A DNA stretch of 64,000 nt, from contig OZ024740.1 in the NCBI GenBank assembly GCA_964016885.1, positions 110,236,001 to 110,300,000 on the forward strand, written 5' to 3'. The translations under genes were made by a program, and so were the position numbers. This DNA is from Eledone cirrhosa. Lineage: Eukaryota. Under the pieces are notes generated by a model, which was not told the DNA's origin, searched no databases, and worked only from the letters and a program-made list of their open reading frames with translations. This document shows, piece by piece, positions 54,014 to 64,000 of the stretch. The first letter of the stretch is position 1, and each line of letters starts with the position of its first letter.

Positions 54014-54186
54014 TTTATATATATATATATATATAGTTAGAAATAGAAGCTTTCACCGTATTTTATCAGCCTGATAGTGGGCTTTAAAACCCTCTAAATG
54101 GAAAAGGATGAGTATTGACGTACGTGAGAGTTGAACCTACATCTTTGGTTATCAAACACTCTCTCTGTACGTGTCAGTGTGTGAAA

Positions 54187-54325
54187 GTGCGTGGCCTAGT
54201 GGTTAGAGTGTTCGGTTCATAATCCTAAGGTGTTGACTTTGATTCCCGACGGTGTGTTGTATCTTTGAACAAGACCCGATATTTCACGTGACTCTAGTCA
54301 ACTACACTGGAAAAAATAAGTTGTA
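54187..54325 (+). mobile_element. tRNA-derived SINE (CORE-type) 5' part
   Basis: A-box TGGCCTAGTGG, degenerate B-box; inverse of 9925-10030. Confidence 0.65.
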
Positions 54326-54565
54326 CTCTTACGTTAATCACCTGGAGAGGGAAGTTATGTTAAGAGTACTAGAGTCATAGGGAATGCTGGAATGTATCAG
54401 CCACTTGCACATAAATATCACGAGCAGGCTGTTCCGTCGTTTTAACAACTGGTACATTTATCGTTGCATCAAACGGTTGGCTAACAAACAGACAAGCAGA
54501 CAGACACACAAATACACTCACACACCCAAACACACACACACACACGCACCTGAAACACATATGTG

Positions 54566-54686
<121 letters not shown>

Positions 54687-54790
54687 AAGAGAGAGATAGA
54701 GAAAGAGAGAGATAGAGAGAGAGAAAGAGATAGAGAGATAGAGAGGGAGAGATACCCCCTCCCCCACACACATATATATATATATATATC

Positions 54791-54920
54791 TTGCCATTCT
54801 AAGTTCAAATCCCGCCGAGGTTAACTTTGCCTTTCATCCTTACGGGGTCGATAAAATAAAGTACCAGTCATGCACTGGGTAATTGCTGGCCTTGTGCCCA
54901 AAGTAGAAACAATTATTATT
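54791..54920 (+). mobile_element. tRNA-derived SINE, 5'-truncated
   Basis: GTTCAAATCCCGCCGAGG..GGGGTCGATAAAATAAAGTACCAG and (ATT)n tail; near-identical inverse of 61270-61392. Confidence 0.8.
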
Positions 54921-55069
54921 ACTATATATATATATTGTATATGTAAAAGGTAAACAGAAATAATAAAAATAACAAAACAAACAGTACAGTACATGGAAGA
55001 AATATATTAGTTTAACTCTCTTTCTCTCTCTGCCTCACTCACTCTCTCAATCACTCTCTCCCTCTCCTC

Positions 55070-55106
<37 letters not shown>

Positions 55107-55377
55107 ACACATACAATAGCAGGAAGAAGGTGGAGCTAATGCTAGCCACCAGCCAGAACGACTTGTACTCTCGCTACTCTATATTTCATAAAATAACAAT
55201 AAGTTTTCTGCTTGTGTTGACTTTCACTAAAGTCTTGACATTATCACATTTGCTTCCTTACTTTCTAACAATGACCAATGCATTGTATTGTTATAATTCT
55301 GCGTCACTGTGATTATTAAGGTCCCCAACATGATGTGTGAGTGTAGTGTCATGGGTAGATGTCTGCTTACGTACACA

Positions 55378-55379
<2 letters not shown>

Positions 55380-55419
<40 letters not shown>

Positions 55420-55446
55420 TCTCTCACTCTCTCTCCTTCTCTCTCA

Positions 55447-55503
<57 letters not shown>

Positions 55504-55504
55504 G

Positions 55505-55542
<38 letters not shown>

Positions 55543-55713
55543 GTATCTGTATGTCATTGCATGCTCGTGTGCATGTGAGCGTCGGTGTATGTCTGTTTGT
55601 GTATGTATGAGTGTGAGTGAGTGTGTGTGTGTGTGTGTGTGTGTGCTCAGTGTTACGTGTCTGTTGCTGTTGTTTAACCATAGGTCACCTGATACACACA
55701 CACACACTCACAC

Positions 55714-55754
<41 letters not shown>

Positions 55755-56180
55755 CATGTTGCGGGCTGATGGTGGCGGATGTGATGTAAGCGGTGTTAGT
55801 AAAGAGTGTTCTTCATGATATGGAAGTAGTACTCCTGGTGGTAGTGATAATCGGCTTTTGTAGCCACCCTGCTTCTGTCTTTATGTGTATGTATGTATGT
55901 ATGTATGTATGTATGTATGTATGTATGTATGTATGTATGTATGTATGTATGTATGTATGTATGTGTGTGTGTCTGTATGTATATATATATATACATGCAT
56001 ATCTGTGTGCATGTGGATGTGTGTTTGCATGTTTGCATTACGTATGTGCCTGTGTATGTATGTATGTATGTATGTATGTATGCATGTCCGTATGAATGTA
56101 TGTACGTATGAATATATGTACGTATGTATGCATGTACGTATGAATGTATATACGTATGTATGTATGTACGTACGTACATA

Positions 56181-56216
<36 letters not shown>

Positions 56217-56420
56217 TGTATGTATGTATGTATGTATGTACGTACGTACGTACATACGTATGTATGCATGCATGTATGTACGTACGAACGTATATATGCA
56301 TGTATATATGCATGTATGTACTTACGTACGTATGTATGTATGTATGTATGTATGTATGTATGTATGTATGTATGTATGTATGTATGTATGTATGTATGTA
56401 TGTGTGCGTGTGTGTGTATA
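55380..56420. repeat. (CT)n, (GT)n and (TATG)n microsatellites
   Basis: Direct inspection. Confidence 0.9.
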
Positions 56421-58039
56421 CAAGCATGAGTTTAATCTCACGGTAACTATAGTTACCTAAAACTAATATAATTAATTGAGGGCGTGGTGGTGGTGTTTGT
56501 GGTGATGGTGGAGGTTGAGGTGTGAGGTGGTGTGGAGTCGACGACAGACTCAACGTAAAACTGTTTAGTGAAGCAGAGTTTGAATTATGAATAATGGAGC
56601 ATATCTCTTTGCGGTTGGATTGTGTAGTCGGTCAGTCGTTCTGTAGGTTGGTTGCATGATTGGGTGGCCTTCGGATGGCCTAGTGGTGTGTTGTGTGGCG
56701 GGTGGTATTGGTAGCTTGGGACGGTGGTGGTTTGGGGAGATGAGTGGCTGGCTTGTTGGTTGGGTGGCTTAGGGAAGACCAGGGGTGGTGGTGGTCTTAA
56801 GCTATGGTGGACTAAAGTAGTAGTGGTCTGAGGTAGTGACTTGGGGTGATGTCCTTGGGTTGGTTGTGGCTTGGAATTGTGGAGGCCGGGGGCTGGCCTG
56901 AGGTGCTAGCCTGCGGGATGAGCCTGGAAGTTAGTCTGGGTGGGTGGGCTGGGATGGTGTCGTAGGTTGGTGGTCTGGTATGGTAGTGATCGAAGGGTAG
57001 TCTGGAGGGGGCGACGTAGATGGTGACTTGGGTGATAGTTTGGATGGTGGTGAAAGGGTGTGCGTTGGCCTGCGTGGTGGCTTTCCGGATGGTAGCCTTG
57101 TGGATGGTGGCATGGGTGTGTGGTGCCTTGGTTGGAGGTGATTTCCTGGGTGGTTGCCTGGATGATTGTTGTATGGGTGTCTGGTTACTTTGACGGTGGC
57201 ATGAGTGTATCGTCGTAACCAACGAGTGATCTAGGGAGGGACTGGGTGCTATTTCCTTGTGTAGTGGTTCTATGGGTCTGGCCTGGGTGGTGGTGGTATG
57301 TGGGGTGGGGGACTAAGTGGTGGTGGACTGAGGTGAGTTGGGTTGTCTGGAGTGGTCTGGGGTGGTTTGGGGGTGGTTTAGGGAGGTCTGGGGGTGTTCT
57401 GGGGGTAAATTTGGCTTTCTGTTACAAAGCATTTAGTTCGACACTCTACTGATACTGCCAATCCATTACAAATATTAATACACCGACCACCCCTGTCACT
57501 ACCACAATGTTATATGCATGGACAATGTTGGAGGCCGTTCTCTGGCGTGCAAAACCCCAGGCGTGTGCTATCTTAGCAGAAAACAAGGTATACGTTACTT
57601 CACGAGATGGATGTTCAGAGGATCGAACAACTGAATGCTCATCATCGAAACCGACGGAGCACTCACCATCAAACTAAGTGCGAGCTAATGAGGGAACGTC
57701 TACGTGGTTGCTAATTCAGCTAGAATTAGCAACAATATCCCCCTCGAATCTCACTCAACAGTAATAAAAAATGAACGCATTGGTTGCTGTAGTCATAGAT
57801 AGGTTTTGTTCCAATAAATTACAGGATGGTCTCTGTCGGAATGTCATTTTAATGATATGAAAGAAAAAGAAGAAAAACACTTCAAATAAACCATTTTGCT
57901 CAAGAAATACAACGATCCACTCGGACCAGGTCTCGAATTTACAATATTATGACTGTGAGTCCAAACACTCCATTCGAGCAGGAAGGTCCTGGCGTTAAAC
58001 AACAACAATTACATAGAAAACATGACGACAGTTGAATTG

Positions 58040-58680
58040 AATGGTAGTAATAGTGTTGGTGGCAGTGATAGTAGTAATGGTGATGGTGGCAGTGATGGTA
58101 GTAATAGTGTTGGTGGCAGTGATAGTAGTAATGGTGATGGTGGCAGTGATGGTAGTAATAGTGGTGGTGGTTATGGTAGTAATGGTGATGGTGGCAGTGA
58201 TGGTAGTAATAGTGGTGGTGGTTATGGTAGTAATAGTGTTGGTGGCAGTGATGGTAGTAATGGTGATGGTGGCAGTGATGGTAGTAATAGTGGTGGTGGT
58301 TATGGTAGTAATGGTGATGGTGGCAGTGATGGTAGTAATAGTGGTGGTGGTTATGGTAGTAATGGTGATGGTGGCAGTGATGGTAGTAATGGTGCTGGTG
58401 GTTATGGTAGTAATGGTGGTGGTGGTGATGGTAGTAATGGTTGTGGTGATCATAGTCGAAAGGATGGTAGTGATGATGGTAGGGATGATTGTGGTGGTGG
58501 TAGAACAAGTTTTGGTGATGGTGATAGTAATGGTAGTGGTAATAATGATGGTGGAAGTATTGGTAGAAATAGTGGTAGAGATGATGATAGGATGGTTGTG
58601 GTGATGATAGTACTGGTGCTGGCTGTGATGGTGGTGGTGGTTGAGGTAAAAATCGTATTGGTGATGGTGATAGCAATGGG
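58040..58680. repeat. GGT/GAT/AGT-derived minisatellite with an approximately 51-bp period
   Basis: Recurring GGTGGCAGTGATGGTAGTAATAGTGGTGGTGGTTATGGTAGTAATGGTGAT. Confidence 0.85.
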
Positions 58681-59061
58681 GAAATGTTTGGCAGTGTAGT
58701 TCCAATATCTCATAGCCATAATTGAAGCGGATGTCACAAAACAGCAACAACTTATTATAATATCTCAATACTCCCCGTCACACGAACTGTTTGGTTTATT
58801 CCATTGATAGAGGCTTGAGTCACTCCCTCTGGCACTCTATAGAGATAATATAGGAAGACTGCCAGAGAGCTCCAAGAGGGCAACAAATGCTGGGTGGTAG
58901 AAATAGAAAACGGCGTTTTAGTGATGTCAAAGGCTAGTTTGTTGACAAAACAAATTAAGGCGAGTAAACATATGTATACTCATGCTTGAACAAATCTTAA
59001 TATAGAATGTGTCGATTTATCAAATTCTAATCTTTGTTAGTTCCGGTTTTCATTTTAGCTA

Positions 59062-59306
59062 GTGTATGTGTGTACATATGTATGTATGCATGTATGTATG
59101 TATGTATGTATGTATGTATGTATGTATGTATGTATGTATGTATGTATGTATGTATGTATGTATGTATGTATGTTTGTATGTATGTATGTATGTATGTATG
59201 TATGTATGTATGTATGTTTGTATGTGTGTGTGTATGTATGTATGTATGTATGTGTGTATGTATGTATGTATGTATGTATGTATGTATGTATGTATGTGTG
59301 TATGTA

Positions 59307-59339
<33 letters not shown>

Positions 59340-59490
59340 TTGTATGTATGTATGTGTGTATGTATGTATGTATGTGTGTATGTATGTATGTATGTGTGTA
59401 TGTATGTATGTTTGTATGTATGTATGCATGGATGGATGGATGTATGAATGTATGTATGTGTGTATGTATGCACGTATATATATATATATA
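59062..59490. repeat. (TATG)n microsatellite
   Basis: Direct inspection. Confidence 0.95.
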
Positions 59491-59809
59491 TGAACACACA
59501 CATATATGTGTGTGCTTATATCGGTTTTTGTCTGTGTGTGTATGTGTGTGTGTATATAGTGAGTAAGTTTAGCTACGAAGGTTCTTCATGACGTGAGAGG
59601 TGAATCACAAACTACAGACGCACATAAACACATATATACACAAACACATATATACACAAACATACATTAATAGAAATACTCACTCACATATATACAAGCC
59701 AATCAACAAAACACAAAACACAAAAACAACAACAGTAGAAACGACATTAAAAATAAAAACAATAACAATACAACAGTAACACTAATATGATACAAAACAA
59801 TAATAATTA

Positions 59810-60470
59810 TTTCTACATTTGGCACAAGGCCAGCAATTATCCCAGGCATTACTGGTACTTTATTTTATCGACCCCGTAAGGATGAAAGGCAAAGTTAACC
59901 TCGGCGGGATTTGAACTCCGAGACCAGAGAGCTGGAACGAATACGGTAAGGTATTCTATCCGACGTTCGAACGACTCCGCCATTTGTTATATAATAATAA
60001 CAATAATTGTTTCTAATATAGGTGTATCATTATGAAAATGATGATGATGATGATAACTGTTTCTAGTTTTGGCACAAGGCCAGCAATTATCTCAGTTTAT
60101 TACTGGTGCTTTATATTATCGACCTCGGAAGGATGAAAGGCAAATTTAGCCTCGGGGGGATTTGAACACAGAACGTAAAGGGCCGTAACTCTATGCTGCA
60201 AAGCATGGCGTCCGATCCTCTACTGATACTGCAAATCCACCGCCCTTGATGATGATAATAATAATGGTTTCTGATTTAGTCGCAAAGCCAACATTTTTGT
60301 GTGTGGGGGGTGGGGGGTAGTCGATTAAAACAGTTCCAGTGATTTATTGGTATTTAATTTTATCGACCCCCTCGCCCCGTAAGGATGACAGGTAAAGCTA
60401 ACCTCGGTGAGATTTGAACTCAGAACGTAAAGGGTCGTAACTATATGCCGCAAAGCTTGTACTGCCAATT
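59810..60470 (-). mobile_element. Three tandem tRNA-derived SINEs
   Basis: Repeated ggcacaaggccagcaa..ttttatcgacccc..ggatttgaactc units at about 59810, 60058 and 60265. Confidence 0.8.
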
Positions 60471-61117
60471 CTTATAATAGTAACTAGATGAGGGCGACGT
60501 CTTCTCTCTCTTTCTGTCTCTCTCACACACACACTCTTTAAAAAACGATGTTCCTTTTCTCTCTCTATGTACATCTCTTTCGCTTGGTGCTCCCCCTCTC
60601 TCTATATAGATGAAGGCGACGTCGTAACGTTCTGCCTAAACTTTCTTATTAGGGTGGGGGAGTAAACTGCCGAATAAATGCTAGCATTGGCCTTGGATTT
60701 TAAATGTGAAATAACCATAGTTAACATAATCATTTTCGGCTCCAAAGCACGTCATCTGAAACACAGCAATATACCGCATAACATTGCTTCTGAAGTGTTT
60801 AGCTTCGTTAGGACGGTCTCTAAGTAGCATATGGATAAAAGCTGGAGGGTTAATTAATTTCAAATAGTATCAATTTTTTTTTGTTCTGTAAAATGAAAGT
60901 CTGTAAAGCGACTTTATAAAAGCTGACGCAATATTGTTAAACCTTCCTATAGATCAAAGGATCGATAGTTTAAGCCGTTTCTAGACTTTCGTGGGACGTT
61001 TCTCTCTCTCTCTCTATGAATATCTAACACTTTAATTGTATCTTTCTCTGTATAACGGCCCATCTCTCTCTTTCTCCCTCTCCTTTTGTGTCTCTCTCTT
61101 TAGATGTGTGTGTATGT

Positions 61118-61190
<73 letters not shown>

Positions 61191-61269
61191 TTTTCGTGTG
61201 ATTCAACCAACCAACCAACCAATAAACATCTTTCTTTTATATTATATATAGCTATAGATAGATTAATAA

Positions 61270-62035
61270 TTGTTTCTACTTTTGGCACAAGGCCAGCAAA
61301 TACCCAGTACATTACTGGTACTTTATTTTATCGACCCCGTAAGGATGAAAGGCAAAGTTAACCTCGGCGGGATTTGAACTCAGAATGGCAAGGGCCGTAA
61401 CTCTATGCGTCAAAGCATGGCGTCCGACCCTCTACCGATACTGCCAATCCATAATAATGGTTTCTGATTTAGGCAAGAGACCAACATTTTTTGAAGGGAT
61501 TAAATATACCACAGTGCGTTGTTGGTGCTTTATTTTATCGACCCCGTAAAGATGGGTTTGAACGGGAAACGTAAAGGGCATAACTATATGCCACAAAGCA
61601 TTCCGACGCTCTACCGACACTGCCAATCCACCGTCCTTATAATAATTGTTTCTACTTTGGGCACAAGGCCAGCAATTATCCCAGTGTATTACTGGTACTT
61701 TATTTTATCGACTCCGTAAGGCTCAAAGGCAAAGTTAACCTCGGCGGGATTTGAACTCAGATCCTAAAGGCCGTAATTCTGTGCTGCAAAACGCCCGACT
61801 CTCTACCGATACTGCCACCGTCCTTATAATAATAAACACCGTATAATAATTGTTTCTACTTTAGGCACAAGGCCAGCAATTACCCAGTGCATTACTGGTA
61901 CTTTATTTTATCGATCCCGTAAGGATGAAAGGCAAAGTTAACCTCAACGCGATTTGAACTTAGAATGGCAAGGGCCGTAACTCTATGCGTCAAATCATGG
62001 CGTCCGACCCTCTACCGACACTGCCAATCCACCAA
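61270..62035 (-). mobile_element. Four tandem tRNA-derived SINEs
   Basis: Same approximately 190-bp unit at about 61270, 61458, 61645 and 61850, joined by AAT-type tails. Confidence 0.8.
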
Positions 62036-62838
62036 TAATAATTAATTATAAGATTACTGTAAGTGGATTGTGCCAACAGTGTGAAAGACAGCACTGATCT
62101 GATCAACAGCTGCCTACAAATGATAGAAAGTTAATTCTTTCTTAAGAGACACAAGATCGGTCGGACTGTTCTTTTCGCAATATGATTTAGACATGAAGAA
62201 TCTATGTTCCAGAGTACTCGATACCTGGGATAGTAGAATGTGGTTATATCATAAAGGACCCCGACGGCTGAACTCTTGCTGTTTCAAGAGTTAGGAACTT
62301 ATCAGCCTGATACTTAGCCTGATACTTATCTTTCGATCACCTTGCTTAAATCAGCCATTCGATGTGGCAACAATATCCCCCCACCACCCTATATGTCTAT
62401 TTCTCTATATATTTCTCTCTCTGTTTCTATCCTACCCCCCCCCCCCCCCCTCTCTCTCCCCTCTCTCTCTCTCGCTCTCTTTCTCTCTCTCTACACACAC
62501 ACACATATATATATATATATAATATTTATTTATGTTCATACATGGAACTAAAGCGCTACATACGGTTTCAGAGCCAAATTTTGACCATTTACCCAGATTG
62601 TAAGAGTGATCAAATTTGTGACACACCAATATTCACGCATACATAATACAATCATGTATGCTTGCCTGAGCGCGTGTATGTGTGTGAGTGTAAGCGTGTG
62701 TGTGAAAGTGTGTGTGCGTATGTACATATATACACACGTGTGTGTGCACGATTTGTTATATACAGTTGTGCAAATATTGTAAAAGCAACGTTTCACACTC
62801 ACACATACATACATATACACTACACACACACACGCACG

Positions 62839-62880
<42 letters not shown>

Positions 62881-63505
62881 CACTACATATATATTCTTAC
62901 GTTCTCATGTATGTACATTGATAGTGACAGAAACATTTACACACACATGCACACATGCTCACATACACACATAGATACACACAAGCGCTCATGCACGCCC
63001 AGATGCATTCGTAAAAATGTGTTTGTATGAATGTGTTTTTTGTTTATATCTCTCTCTATATATATTATATGAAGGTTACTTAGTAGTGTATAGATGTGGG
63101 CAGATGCCGAAGTGTATTCATTCCTTTTCCACGGACATCTGTTCAGTCCCCTCACTTTATCTAACCGACCCTACATATATCGTCCACCCTTTAACCATTT
63201 ATCATTTATTATCTATCAATATCCGACGCCCTATCCAATCAAACATTTATATTACAGGCTCCTTGTACAATTTGAGTCGAACGGCGGCCCGAAAGCAAAT
63301 CAAGGGAGATAATCTTTTGTATGCTTTCGGTCGTCTGCTTTCTCCAAAACTGTAACATCAGCCTGATACTTATCTTTCGATCATCTTGCTTAAATCAGCC
63401 ATTCAATGTTGCAACAATCTTCCCCAATCCTCTGTCTCTATTTCTCTCTCTATTTCTATTTCTCTCTGTGTTTCTATCCTGTCACCACCCCCTCTCTCTC
63501 TCCCG

Positions 63506-63584
<79 letters not shown>

Positions 63585-64000
63585 CTCCCTCTTTACATCA
63601 TTTCATCTTTCTCTATATCTGCTCTCTCTCCCCCTCTCTCTATTTTCTCTCTATCTCTACCCATGGTTGTTTCTAGTTTTATCAAGCAATCTCTGTGTAT
63701 CACACCCTGTCCCGATATTTCTTCATGTAACTGGGAAATGTTTGTTGAGTTTGACAACTCATTGCTGACGTTAATCAGCAGTAAGTATGCTTACGTGTGT
63801 GAGTTTATGTGAGTGTATGTGTGCCTGTTTATTACGTGTATGTGTGTGTATTATGTGTGCGCGTGTTTATGTACGTGTCTGTGTGTGCATGAATGTGTTG
63901 TCTATGTGTTTGTGTATTATTCTGTGACTCTGTGTAAGGATGTATGGAGATGTTTGAGGATATTTGCAGATGTAACTGTCGGCAAGTGAACAGCCAATCA

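Noticed and set aside
58022-58699. Gly/Ser/Asp-rich or His-rich structural protein
   Set aside because: Four frames on both strands are open, as expected for a trinucleotide-derived minisatellite; no exon evidence

Overview
Repeat-saturated eukaryotic DNA with no recognisable intact host gene. The microsatellite load and SINE families resemble octopus/cephalopod genomes (my recollection, not a database result). Most ORF-track entries are microsatellite artefacts. The real coding content is non-LTR retrotransposons. (1) Five copies plus one 3'-UTR stub of a Tx1/L1-like family (ORF1 with a CCHC knuckle; ORF2 APE endonuclease-RT-Zn finger), ending in (ATCT)n or (GTCT)n instead of poly(A) and stacked head-to-tail through those repeats. 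(2) An R4/Dong-like RT-RLE element in (TACA)n. (3) A CRE-like RLE 3' fragment in (CA)n. (4) An RTE fragment with a 14-bp TSD nested in a Tx1 copy. Also present: a 5.4-kb 33-bp satellite, long AAC-type satellites, tandem tRNA-derived SINEs, a near-perfect 108-bp hairpin and a degenerate Penelope-type hammerhead. The most interesting signals lie in the Tx1 family: apparent self-propagating microsatellite targeting, covarying UTR hairpins, and an ORF1 stop overlapping a consensus splice donor while the ORF2 stop overlaps an acceptor-like TAG|G, as if all of ORF2 could be removed as an intron (hypothesis). Many boundaries are approximate.
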